Shown here piece by piece: positions 55,780-64,000 of a DNA stretch of 64,000 nucleotides. The first letter of the stretch is position 1; each line of letters opens with the position of its first letter. Under the pieces are notes generated by a model. That model did no database searches and had not been told where the DNA came from. It saw only the letters and a list, made by a program, of their open reading frames with translations. Both the position numbers and the translations under genes were made by a program. This DNA is from Acidimicrobiales bacterium (GTDB taxonomy: Bacteria; Actinomycetota; Acidimicrobiia; Acidimicrobiales; RAAP-2): assembly GCA_035293965.1 (NCBI GenBank), contig DATGLW010000138.1, positions 38,908 through 102,907 on the forward strand, in the 5' to 3' direction.

Positions 55780-57177
55780 ATGGGCATCGAGCGTGGCGTT
55801 CTTCGACGCGGACCGGGCGCGGGCGAGTCGGAGGCGCGCGTGGTGAGGGGCGCGCCCTCGCTTCGGCGGTGGTTGATCGCCGCCTCAGTGCTCCTCGTCG
55901 CCACCGGCATGGCGTACTCGCTGGCGTGGGGCCCGGTTGTCGAGCACGGCTCCTACTGGGTGACCCCCGGTGACATCTGGGGTACGTTCCGAGCCGCTCA
56001 CTTCGTCGGGTGGGGGGATATCGGCGACGTGTACGACAAGGGAACCGGGCTCGTGACCTTCCCGGGCATCGCGGTCCTGCTTGCACCGATCGCCATCCTC
56101 TCCGGGCACCTCGGCCTGTCGGAGAGCTTGCCCTTCTACCTCCCCCACCCCACGGCTTGGCTCGTGCTGGGGCCCGTCGAACTTCTCCTCGGGGCCACCG
56201 TCTTCTTTCCCCTCGACGCCCTCGCGACGAACATCGGTGCGAGGCGAGGGCAGCGCCTCGCGATGCTGGCTGCCAGCTTCGTGATCCTCTGGCCCGTCGT
56301 CGCCATCTGGGGTCACCCCGAAGACGCCGTAGCCATGACCCTCTCGCTCTATGCCCTCGATGGTGCCCTCCGTTCGAGATGGCGGAGCGCAGGCTGGCTG
56401 TTCGGCGGGGCGATGGCCGTCCAGCCTCTCGTGATCGTGGTCCTGCCAGTGCTCCTCGGGTTCGCCCCCGGCCGAGAGCGCTGGAAGCTCGTCGCGAAGG
56501 CGATCGTCCCCGTGGCGTGCCTGTGCGCGCTACCCCTCGAGCAATCGTGGCACCAGACGTCGACGGCATTGCTCCAGCAGCCGAACTACCCGTCGATCGA
56601 CCACGCGACACCCTGGGTAGCCCTGGCGCCGGTGCTGTCGCCTGCCCGCCACGTGCTCGTGCATCGTTTCGGCGAGGTGACCTCGCACGGATTGAGCGGC
56701 TACTCCGCGTGGTGGAGCACCACCACGCTGGGCAAGGTCGTGGCGGCAGGTCCAGGTCGTCTGATCGCCATCGCGCTCGCCCTGGCGCTCGGGTGGTGGA
56801 TCGCGCACAGGAAACCGCGTCCGGAGACGATCGTGTGGTTGGCGGCGGTGGCGCTCAGCCTTCGATGCTTCTTCGAGGCGGTCATGAACCCGTACTACCT
56901 GTGGCCGCCGCTGGCGGTGGTGGTGGTGCTGGCGGCGACCAGGTCGTGGAGGCGCTTTGGGTTTGTCGTCGCGAGCGGGCTTCTGTGCTCGGTCTCTAGC
57001 TACCACCGAGCCGGCCCATGGGCGTGGTACCTGCCGGTCGCGCTGCTCTTGGGGATGTCGCTCCTCTGGAGCCGGCCAAGCCGCGATCGTGCGGTCCCGC
57101 AGCCCGATGCGGTCTCCGCATGGGCCGCGCAGGCGTCGGACATGTCGCCGGACCCCGGGATCCTGTCACCTGTGTGA
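55780..57177 (+). CDS. polytopic membrane protein, GT-C-fold glycosyltransferase-like
   Basis: 465 aa with at least 10 hydrophobic segments. The first loop is acidic (GDIGDVYDKG), as in GT-C enzymes. GGAGG lies 6 nt before the ATG. The gene is immediately downstream of pilA. Confidence 0.6.
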   Translation: MGIERGVLRRGPGAGESEARVVRGAPSLRRWLIAASVLLVATGMAYSLAWGPVVEHGSYWVTPGDIWGTFRAAHFVGWGDIGDVYDKGTGLVTFPGIAVLLAPIAILSGHLGLSESLPFYLPHPTAWLVLGPVELLLGATVFFPLDALATNIGARRGQRLAMLAASFVILWPVVAIWGHPEDAVAMTLSLYALDGALRSRWRSAGWLFGGAMAVQPLVIVVLPVLLGFAPGRERWKLVAKAIVPVACLCALPLEQSWHQTSTALLQQPNYPSIDHATPWVALAPVLSPARHVLVHRFGEVTSHGLSGYSAWWSTTTLGKVVAAGPGRLIAIALALALGWWIAHRKPRPETIVWLAAVALSLRCFFEAVMNPYYLWPPLAVVVVLAATRSWRRFGFVVASGLLCSVSSYHRAGPWAWYLPVALLLGMSLLWSRPSRDRAVPQPDAVSAWAAQASDMSPDPGILSPV

Positions 57178-57344
57178 GCACCCGGTCTGGTTCGCAGTGG
57201 GGGTGCAGACCGGGTGACCTCCTGGCGGGTCATCGTGCCGGTGGCGCTGGCTCAGGACACCTGTCCGGACTCCTCACGGCACCGGCGTTCGGCGGCTTGC
57301 GGCCTGACCGGAGGTGGGCAGGACCGGTCGGGACCGCCGCCTGC

Positions 57345-57953
57345 TCAGCGGGCAGATCCCGTTGCCTGGGATGCCTGTGCCGAGCTGTACACCGTGAGGG
57401 TGAAGGTGCTCGTGAGCGGCGCAGGCTTGTTGGACCCGGGCCCGCCACCGCTGATGGAGACACCATCGATCACTGTCAGCCGAGGCATGGCGTACAGGGC
57501 ATTCATGAAGTTGAGCGTGCTGGCATAGCTCCCGCTCACGACGACTGTGATGGGGTAGGAGAGGAGGCTGGTTCCAGAGACCGGCGACCCATTGCTCGAG
57601 GGTGTCATGCTGACCAGGCCGACCCCGGATTGAGCCGCCGTGCCAGCCATCTGCGAGATGTAATTGTACATGTCGGCAGTCGCCGGGATCATCGCGCCGA
57701 ACTTGGCCTGGAGCTGGAGCAATTGTGGCGTCGCACGGGAGGTCGCACGCAAGAGCTGCAGCTTCGCCTCGAGCGACGCTTCCTCTCCTTGGAGGTTCTG
57801 GCGCTGCGTCGTCAGCCTTGAAAGGTGCTTCCCTTGTGGGACGAAGAAGGCGAGGAGCCACACGAGGATTGCGACGAGCCCCGCCATGATCGTGATGAGC
57901 ACGGTGCGGTTTCCGAGCACCGGCTTCAGTCGTGAGAGCTGCGGAACGTTCAT
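57345..57953 (-). CDS. pilO: type IV pilus assembly protein PilO
   Basis: N-terminal TM segment, a coiled coil (QRQNLQGEEASLEAKLQLL) and a C-terminal ferredoxin-like core (ITVVVSGSYASTLNFMNALYAMPRL). ATGA overlap with pilMN. Confidence 0.8.
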   Translation of the reverse strand: MNVPQLSRLKPVLGNRTVLITIMAGLVAILVWLLAFFVPQGKHLSRLTTQRQNLQGEEASLEAKLQLLRATSRATPQLLQLQAKFGAMIPATADMYNYISQMAGTAAQSGVGLVSMTPSSNGSPVSGTSLLSYPITVVVSGSYASTLNFMNALYAMPRLTVIDGVSISGGGPGSNKPAPLTSTFTLTVYSSAQASQATGSAR

Positions 57954-59683
57954 GAGGTCGTCCTCGTGTGTGCGGGCGGGATAGGCGCAAGGAATTGATC
58001 GAGCCGTTGCGTGTGAGCGACCCCGGTGACGTCCATCGTCGCCGTGAAGGTCACCCCCGAAGGACCGGGAGCGAGGGTGCCTGTGGCGTCCACTTGGGTG
58101 ACGGCGGTCGCGGCGCTCATGGACTGTCCCCAGGTGGTCACTGCCGACAGGTCAGGCACCGTCACGCTGGCGCTCACGGAACCGACGATCGACGTTGGTG
58201 CCGGCAGGTTCGTCGTGCCGGTCGCCGACGGCGTCGACGGCGAGCGACTGCTCGAGGAAGAGGTGGCCGGCGACGACGCGGTCAGGGTGACGTTGGTCAT
58301 CATTGCGTTGGGTGGCTGGAACTGGCTGAGCTGGCCGAGCACCGTCAGCCAGTCCACTTCCGTCGACACGACCGGGACCGGCAACTTCTGCAACGTGAGC
58401 ACGCTGTCGCGAAGCTTCACCGCCTTGTCGTACTTGGGGATCTGGACGTCGCGGATCACCGATATCGTCCGATTGAGGTCGTTCACCTGGTTCTGCGCAT
58501 TGTGAACCTCGAGGACGCGCCAGCCGGACAACCCGGCGATGAGCACGACGAGACCGACCGCGCCGACGCGGAGCTGGCGGCGCAGTTTCCGGGCCGCCAC
58601 CCGCTCGCTGATCTCGGGCGGCAGGAGGTTGAAGGGCCGCCCTGACGACTCCGGGAGGGCCAGCCCCACGGGTACGGCCAGGGTGGGCTCGATGGTGGCC
58701 GCCTGCTCCGGGCTGATCGGGAGCTTGCCGGTGTCGATCGCCGACAGCGGGGAGGCGGCTCGGACCGGCACGTCCAGCTCCTGCTGCAGGCGGGGCAGGA
58801 AGCGGGCCACCTGCGCGCCCCCGCCCGTGACGAGCACCTGGCCGACCGGGCCGCGTCCGGGGAGCGAGGAGAAGAACCGGACCGAGTTGCGGATCTCGAC
58901 CACGAGCTCGTCGACGGCTTCGGCCGTGGCGTTCCTGGCGCGCACGTCGGTGACGCCGGATTGGTCCAGCTTGCGCTTCAGGGCTTCGGCGTCGACGAAG
59001 GGCAGGTCGAGGGCACTGGCGATCGAGCGGGTGATCGCCTCGCCGCCGAGATCGATGGTCCGCACGAACTGCAGCACGCCCATCTCGTGGACCACCACCA
59101 GGGTCAGCCCTGCTCCCACGGACACGATGGCCTTGGGCGCGTCGGTGTCGTGCGGGTCGTGCAGGCAGCGAACGAGGGCGGCAGTGTTGAGGTCGATGTT
59201 CTCCGGCTCGAGGCCGGCGTCGAGGACGACCGACACGAGGGAGTCGACGAGATCACGGTGCGCCGCCGCCACGAGGACCCGCAGCGTCTGGGCACCCTCG
59301 CTGTCGGCGTACTGTGCGATGACCTTAGAGGAGATGGCCGTCTGCTCGATGGGGAAGGGGACCACTTCGTCGGCCCGGAACCGCACCGCGTCGTTCAGCT
59401 CGTCGGGAGGGATGAGGGGCATGTCGAGCTCTCGGGTGATGGCTCGAAGGCCGGCGACGCCGACCCGCACACGCTTTTCGGTGAACCCGCCCTCCTGCCA
59501 CAGGCGCCGCAGCGCGTGGACGACCGCATGGGGATCGCGGACCTCGCCGTCGACGACGACCCCCGTCCTGAGGCCGACCTGCCCGAACGCCTCGAGCACG
59601 GGCTTGGAGCCGTCTCCGACGGTGAGCTCGACCGCCCGGACCGCGCTCGACCCGATGTCGAGCCCGACGACCCGTTGTGCCAT
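57950..59683 (-). CDS. fused type IV pilus assembly proteins PilM-PilN
   Basis: Actin-like PilM part (VVGLDIGSSAVRAVEL...DLGGEAIT) is joined in frame to PilN, which has the FNLLPPE motif, a TM segment (VGAVGLVVLIAGL) and a periplasmic region. Confidence 0.85.
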   Translation of the reverse strand: MAQRVVGLDIGSSAVRAVELTVGDGSKPVLEAFGQVGLRTGVVVDGEVRDPHAVVHALRRLWQEGGFTEKRVRVGVAGLRAITRELDMPLIPPDELNDAVRFRADEVVPFPIEQTAISSKVIAQYADSEGAQTLRVLVAAAHRDLVDSLVSVVLDAGLEPENIDLNTAALVRCLHDPHDTDAPKAIVSVGAGLTLVVVHEMGVLQFVRTIDLGGEAITRSIASALDLPFVDAEALKRKLDQSGVTDVRARNATAEAVDELVVEIRNSVRFFSSLPGRGPVGQVLVTGGGAQVARFLPRLQQELDVPVRAASPLSAIDTGKLPISPEQAATIEPTLAVPVGLALPESSGRPFNLLPPEISERVAARKLRRQLRVGAVGLVVLIAGLSGWRVLEVHNAQNQVNDLNRTISVIRDVQIPKYDKAVKLRDSVLTLQKLPVPVVSTEVDWLTVLGQLSQFQPPNAMMTNVTLTASSPATSSSSSRSPSTPSATGTTNLPAPTSIVGSVSASVTVPDLSAVTTWGQSMSAATAVTQVDATGTLAPGPSGVTFTATMDVTGVAHTQRLDQFLAPIPPAHTRTTS

Positions 59684-60148
59684 CTCTCTACCCCTGTCTC
59701 CCGCAGCCCTGCCCTTGGTGGTCCGGCATGCCCCTGTGAGGCCGCGCCGGACCGACCCGGTTGGACAACGGGCCCGCCACTGTTCGAAAACCGCCGTCCG
59801 CCGACAAGCGGTTTCGGGCGGACACTGTAGCGGGAACCGCGGCGCAATGCGAGCCCTCCGGGCGAGTTTTTTCCCGTTCTGGCGGCCTTCGTCTCGGGTC
59901 GTACCGGCGGGAATGGCGATGGGTGCGGTTGGTGGCCTCTTCATGCGGGCAGCGGCGCTGCTCCGACGAGCACGGTGGCGGCGGCGCGCTCTGGCGGGGC
60001 ACGGCTCGTCTCGGCGACCGTCGCCGCCGGGGCACCGGCGGCGGCTCCCCGGCGGCGCGTCGCGGGTCCGTGGACGCGAAATGCCAGGTGGCGCCCCACT
60101 TCGGCCGCGGGTGCGGATGGGGGCCGCATCCGCGGGCGGCAGGCAGGG

Positions 60149-60154
60149 TAGGGT
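60149..60154 (+). promoter_or_regulatory. -10-like hexamer TAGGGT, 7 nt before the ATG (leaderless-type)
   Basis: The sequence reads caggGTAGGGTcgctggcATG. Confidence 0.4.
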
Positions 60155-60161
60155 CGCTGGC

Positions 60162-60473
60162 ATGGAGCCCTCCGCCGACTTCCCCATGGTGCTCGAGTCC
60201 TGCCACAGCACGTGGCTCTTCGACACGACCCGGATGCGGTTCCGGCGGATCCTGAAGGGCCTCGACATCGACGCGCGCAACGCCTCGACGGCCTGGCGTC
60301 CGTACTACGGGTTGGAGCTCGATCCGTTCTCCGAGTCCTTCGTCGTGCTCCTCAACCCCGAGGGGACGCGCCTGCTGCGCTCCTGGCGCCACGTCGAGCA
60401 TTGCTCGCAGTGCGGTGGCGACGCCACGGCCGAGCTCTCGGTCGAAGAGCTGCACAACGCGTCGTTGGGCTGA
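60162..60473 (+). CDS. hypothetical protein (103 aa) between pilMN and pilT
   Basis: Non-repetitive sequence (CHSTWLFDTTRMRFRRILKG...HVEHCSQCGG) with a possible Cys/His metal site. I recognise no family. Confidence 0.6.
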   Translation: MEPSADFPMVLESCHSTWLFDTTRMRFRRILKGLDIDARNASTAWRPYYGLELDPFSESFVVLLNPEGTRLLRSWRHVEHCSQCGGDATAELSVEELHNASLG

Positions 60474-60599
60474 GCCGACGTGGCTGCCTGCGGCCGAGGA
60501 TCGCGCTGGAAGGATCGGTTCCACCCGAGCTGACACCGCGCCGCACCCGCCTCGAAACCTGGGGGCACACGCAGCGGTGGCACGAGAGGGGGCCGAACG

Positions 60600-60605
60600 T
60601 ACACT
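60600..60605 (+). promoter_or_regulatory. -10-like hexamer TACACT, 6 nt before the ATG (leaderless-type)
   Basis: The sequence reads gaacgTACACTggcccgATG, upstream of pilT. Confidence 0.4.
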
Positions 60606-60611
60606 GGCCCG

Positions 60612-61712
60612 ATGGAACAGGCGGACCTCGATCGACTGCTGGCGCTCCTGGCGCAATGGGAAGGGTCGGACCTCCACCTCAAGGCGGGTGCGCCGCCGCG
60701 CGTGCGCATCGACGGCGACCTGCGGGCGCTCACCAACGAGCAGCCGTTCACGCCGGACGACATGGAGTCGGTCGTGGAGGCGATCATGCCGCCCGAGGTC
60801 GCCCGCACCTTCGAGCGGCACCACGAGGCTGACTTCGCCTATTCGGTGCCGGGCGTCGGGCGGTTCCGGTGCAACGCGTACTTTCAGCGGGGGACGATCG
60901 CCATGGCATTGCGGCGCGTTCGGCCGAACCCGGGCACGGCCGAGGAGCTCCGGCTTCCCCCTGTGGTCTACGAGCTGGCGAACGAGGCGCGCGGGCTGGT
61001 GCTCGTGACCGGGCCGACCGGGTCGGGCAAGACCACCACGCTCGCCACGATGATCGACCACATCAATCGCAGCCGTGCCTGCCACATCGTCACGATCGAG
61101 GACCCGATCGAGTACCTCCATGCCGACCGGCTGGCAGCCATCGAGCAGCGCGAGGTCGGGTTCGACACCGACTCGTTTGCCAGCGCCATGCGCGTCGTGC
61201 TCCGCCAGGACCCTGACGTCATCCTCGTGGGAGAGATCCGCGACCCGGAAACGGCCTATGCGGCCCTGTCGGCAGCCGAGACCGGCCACCTGGTCCTCTC
61301 CACCTTGCACACCATCAACGCCACCGAGACCGTGCACCGCATCGTCGACTTCTTCCCCCCACACCAGCAGGCGCAGATCCGCGTGTCGCTGGCCGGATCG
61401 CTGCGGGGGACGATCGCCCAGCGCTTGGTGCGCCGTGCCGACGGGTCCGGACGGGTGCCGGCCCTCGAGGTCATGGTCGTCAACGGCCGGATCCGCCAGT
61501 GCATCCTCGACCCCGAGATCACCGCTGGCATCGAGGAGATCGTCGGCGACGGCGAGTACTACGGGATGCAGACCTTCGACCAGAGCCTTGCGGAGCTCCT
61601 CCAGGAGGGCCTCATCACCCTGCAGGAGGCCCTCGCGGCGGCATCGAACCCCCACGACCTGCGCGTCCTCCTGGAGCGCCGCGGATTGGTGGCCGCCGGG
61701 CTCGCCCACTGA
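60612..61712 (+). CDS. pilT: type IV pilus retraction ATPase PilT
   Basis: 366 aa with Walker A GPTGSGKTTT, Asp box, Walker B VILVGEIRD and His box GHLVLSTLHT. This is PilT size, with no long N-terminal domain. Confidence 0.9.
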   Translation: MEQADLDRLLALLAQWEGSDLHLKAGAPPRVRIDGDLRALTNEQPFTPDDMESVVEAIMPPEVARTFERHHEADFAYSVPGVGRFRCNAYFQRGTIAMALRRVRPNPGTAEELRLPPVVYELANEARGLVLVTGPTGSGKTTTLATMIDHINRSRACHIVTIEDPIEYLHADRLAAIEQREVGFDTDSFASAMRVVLRQDPDVILVGEIRDPETAYAALSAAETGHLVLSTLHTINATETVHRIVDFFPPHQQAQIRVSLAGSLRGTIAQRLVRRADGSGRVPALEVMVVNGRIRQCILDPEITAGIEEIVGDGEYYGMQTFDQSLAELLQEGLITLQEALAAASNPHDLRVLLERRGLVAAGLAH

Positions 61713-61748
61713 CCACTGAGCGCCGAGCGCCGATCCGGCGGGCGACCA

Positions 61749-62513
61749 TCAGCTCGGGACACAGGCTGCGAGGACGAGCAGCAAGCCGCCGAGGATCGCC
61801 AGCGCGCCCTGGCGGGCGCCCAGGTGGCGACGTGCCGGGCCCGAGAAGGCGATGCCCGCGACCCAGCAGCCGGCCGCCGCCCACGCGGCTCCTGGCCAGA
61901 GCCACCCGGCGGCCCACCCGAGTGACCCCACCACGACGAGGCGCGCGCCAACGGCTGCACCCCGAGGGCGGCCCAGCCCGGGGCCGGCCGCGTCGGTCGC
62001 GAGCGCGGCGGCCGCGAGCGCGCTCGCGCCGAAGGCTGCCCAGGCGAGCCGCGACGGGTTCCCGGTCACCGCCGCCACCACGACCAGACCGGAGGAGGCG
62101 ACCGCCGCCGCGCCGGCGAGGGGGGGCGTCACGGCGTGGCCCTCGAGCTCGACGACGGCAGCGCAGAGGCCGGCCGCGAGCAGCGCCAGCACGGGAGGGA
62201 GGGCGGCAGTCGGTGCGGCCGCCGCGGCGAGGCCGAAGGCGAGCCCGGTCGCGGCCTCCATCGCCACGTAGCGAACGGAGATGGGCGCGCGGCAAGTGCG
62301 GCACCGCCCGCGCAGGGCGACCCAGCTCACGACCGGCACGTTCTCGTACCACGACAGGGTGGTGCCGCAGCGGGGACAGTGCGAGGCGGGGGTGGCGAGC
62401 GACATGCCCCGCGGGAGGCGGTGGACCACCACGTTCGAGAAGGAGCCCACGAGCAGCCCGAGGACGATGCAGATGGGCACGACCAGTGCCCGAAGCCCCG
62501 CCAGCGCGTCCAC
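61749..62513 (-). CDS. pilD: prepilin peptidase-like protein (divergent; canonical Asp motifs not recognisable)
   Basis: The N-terminal CxxC...CxxC region (HCPRCG...GRCRTCRAPIS) and polytopic TM profile fit the A24 family. No GxGD(V/F)K motif is present. GTG start at 62513. Confidence 0.65.
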   Translation of the reverse strand: MDALAGLRALVVPICIVLGLLVGSFSNVVVHRLPRGMSLATPASHCPRCGTTLSWYENVPVVSWVALRGRCRTCRAPISVRYVAMEAATGLAFGLAAAAAPTAALPPVLALLAAGLCAAVVELEGHAVTPPLAGAAAVASSGLVVVAAVTGNPSRLAWAAFGASALAAAALATDAAGPGLGRPRGAAVGARLVVVGSLGWAAGWLWPGAAWAAAGCWVAGIAFSGPARRHLGARQGALAILGGLLLVLAACVPS

Positions 62514-62916
62514 CGGGCAGGACAGTATCCCCGGGCTCCCCGCGGTGGCTGCACATGCCGCCCCGACGCCACCTGCGCCGACGCCGCCGCACCGGGACGC
62601 CGGCGCAGCGGCACCCCCCCTCCCCTGCAAGCCCCTTCAACCCGACGGCAACCGATCTGCCACCTGGAATCAATCTCCGTCCAACCGGCGGGCAAACGGA
62701 CAATCTATGCTTGCCCTTCTGGTCCAATGGGTGAATGAGCAAAAGTAAAATGCCTCTACCGCCGAGCTGCGCTGGAGGGTAGTCTCCGACTGCCCGCCCG
62801 GCCGGCGGGGCCGGACAGACGGAGGCGGGGAATGCTCGGCGGTCGGCGAGCAGCTCCACCCCCGCAGGCCGGCGGGGCACCCCCACCCCCGGGGGACGGC
62901 GGAAGGGGGGAGGTCG

Positions 62917-64000
62917 ATGGCAGAGCTGGCAACCGACAATGCCCGGTGGTTGGCGAGCCAGCACGGCCTGCGGTTCGTCGACCTCACCCAGTCGACCCTC
63001 GCCCCTGGGGCCGAGCAGCTCCTCCCCGAGTCCGTGGCGCGGCGCCACCACGTGGTGCCCACGGGTCGGCGGCTCGGGACCCCGGTCATCGCCGTCAGCG
63101 ACCCTGGCGACCTCTTCGCCATGGAAGCCCTGCGTGCCCACCTCGGCCGCGAGTTCGTGGTCGTGGTGGCGAGCGCCGACCAGGTGTCGCGAGCGCTGGA
63201 CCTGCTCTACAGCCCGAGCCCCGCCGCGTCCCTCGAACCGTCGGGCAACGGCGCGGCGGCCATCCAGGCCGACGTGCCCGGCATCGCCCGCCCCGGCAGG
63301 GTCGCGTCCCGTCCCCCGGGGCACACCTTGGCGCACCTCGGCGGAGAGGGGACAGAGGAGCTCGAACTGCCTGGCGAGGCAGGCCGTCCCGCGCACCACG
63401 GCCCGAACGGTTCTGGCCCCGTGACCGTCGACCAGATCATCGTGCCCCAGGACGCGACGACACTCGAGGAGTCGCTGCGCCACGTCCTCGCTGCGCCCGA
63501 GGTCGACGTCGGCGGCCCGGTCTCGCTCGCCGGCAGGGTCACAGGCGAGCCCGCGCCGTCCGCTGGCGCCGCGCCCGGCGTCGAGGAGGTCGAGGCGGCA
63601 GGGGAGGGATCCGAGGAACACGCGGCTGGCGGGCGCCCCGCCGGGTCGGTGGCGACGGAGGATCGAGGGAGGGGCGCGACGGAAGCAGGGGAGCCCGCCG
63701 GGGGCCAAGCCCGAGACGCTCGCGGCCCTGGGTCCACCGTTGGCGGCGGGGCGTCACCCGAAGGTGGCGGCGCGTCGACCGAGGGTGGTGACGGTGACGA
63801 AGAGGACGCGGCGGTGGCGAGCCCGCCGCCACCTCCCTTTGCCGGTCCCCCGCTGGCGCGGGTGCTCGTCGAGTCGGGGCGCGTGTCCGCCGACGACATG
63901 ACGAGGGCCCTCGAGGCACACCAGCAGGCGGGCGAGTCCCTGGCGCGCTTCTTGTACAACCAGGGACTGGCCAAGGAGGAAGACCTCGTCTGGGCCATGG
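62917..64000 (+). CDS. pilB: type IV pilus assembly ATPase PilB/GspE family (5' partial, runs off the window)
   Basis: I translated this by hand, because the frame stays open to the window end and is not in the ORF track. The product starts MAELATDNARWLASQHGLRFVDL...LLPESVARRHHVVP. A long acidic linker follows, then a second GspE-N-type domain (ARVLVESGRVSADDMTRALEAHQQAGESLARFL). GGGGGAGG lies upstream of the ATG. Confidence 0.8.
   Translation, partial: MAELATDNARWLASQHGLRFVDLTQSTLAPGAEQLLPESVARRHHVVPTGRRLGTPVIAVSDPGDLFAMEALRAHLGREFVVVVASADQVSRALDLLYSPSPAASLEPSGNGAAAIQADVPGIARPGRVASRPPGHTLAHLGGEGTEELELPGEAGRPAHHGPNGSGPVTVDQIIVPQDATTLEESLRHVLAAPEVDVGGPVSLAGRVTGEPAPSAGAAPGVEEVEAAGEGSEEHAAGGRPAGSVATEDRGRGATEAGEPAGGQARDARGPGSTVGGGASPEGGGASTEGGDGDEEDAAVASPPPPPFAGPPLARVLVESGRVSADDMTRALEAHQQAGESLARFLYNQGLAKEEDLVWAM

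Noticed and set aside
59842-59872. Intrinsic terminator (gccc-tccg-gggc followed by gagtttttt) in the pilMN/103-aa spacer
   Set aside because: The stem is only about 4 bp, and no upstream gene on that strand needs termination. I kept it only as part of the long-spacer observation.

Overview
This is a very GC-rich, tightly packed bacterial chromosome segment. Several features point to Actinomycetota: many -10 boxes of the TANNNT type placed directly in front of start codons, a CIRCE variant TTGGCACTC-N9-GAGTGCCAA, a DUF2510 protein, an LdtMt2-like L,D-transpeptidase, and E2-lipB-lipA synteny. I call about 54 protein-coding genes. I found no rRNA, tRNA, CRISPR array, transposase or integrase. 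From 1 to 52.7 kb the content is core metabolism and housekeeping: a glycogen-debranching-family enzyme, an acyl-CoA dehydrogenase, thiE, a pyruvate dehydrogenase set (aceE, lpdA, E2), an apparently fused lipB-lipA, metH with a PduO-type adenosyltransferase, pepA, a rhodanese-MoeB protein, a methylmalonyl-CoA mutase catalytic subunit, a biotin carboxylase/BCCP subunit and birA, rmlB/rmlD/GT2 and rmlA, secA-prfB-ftsE-ftsX, an SSB paralogue, msrB, dxs, tldD/pmbA, a Ruc-like zinc-ribbon protein behind a CIRCE operator, and moaC. From 52.7 to 64 kb there is a type IVa-like pilus cluster: pilA, a GT-C-like membrane protein, pilO, a fused pilM-pilN, pilT, a divergent pilD and the start of pilB. It is flanked by an extreme polyproline protein. 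Five things deserve follow-up. (1) The polyproline PPxGF-repeat protein is paired head-to-head with pilA. (2) A roughly 265-nt structured, lower-GC non-coding element lies upstream of secA. (3) Locally unique tandem duplications recur at gene termini, often including the stop codon. (4) lipB and lipA form one reading frame with no stop between them. (5) The pilus genes have unusual features: a long pilin leader, a GT-C gene next to pilA, and a pilD-like protein without a recognisable GxGD motif. I do not see a recognisable defence or mobile system. All functional calls come from reading motifs in the translated ORFs, and no database search was run.
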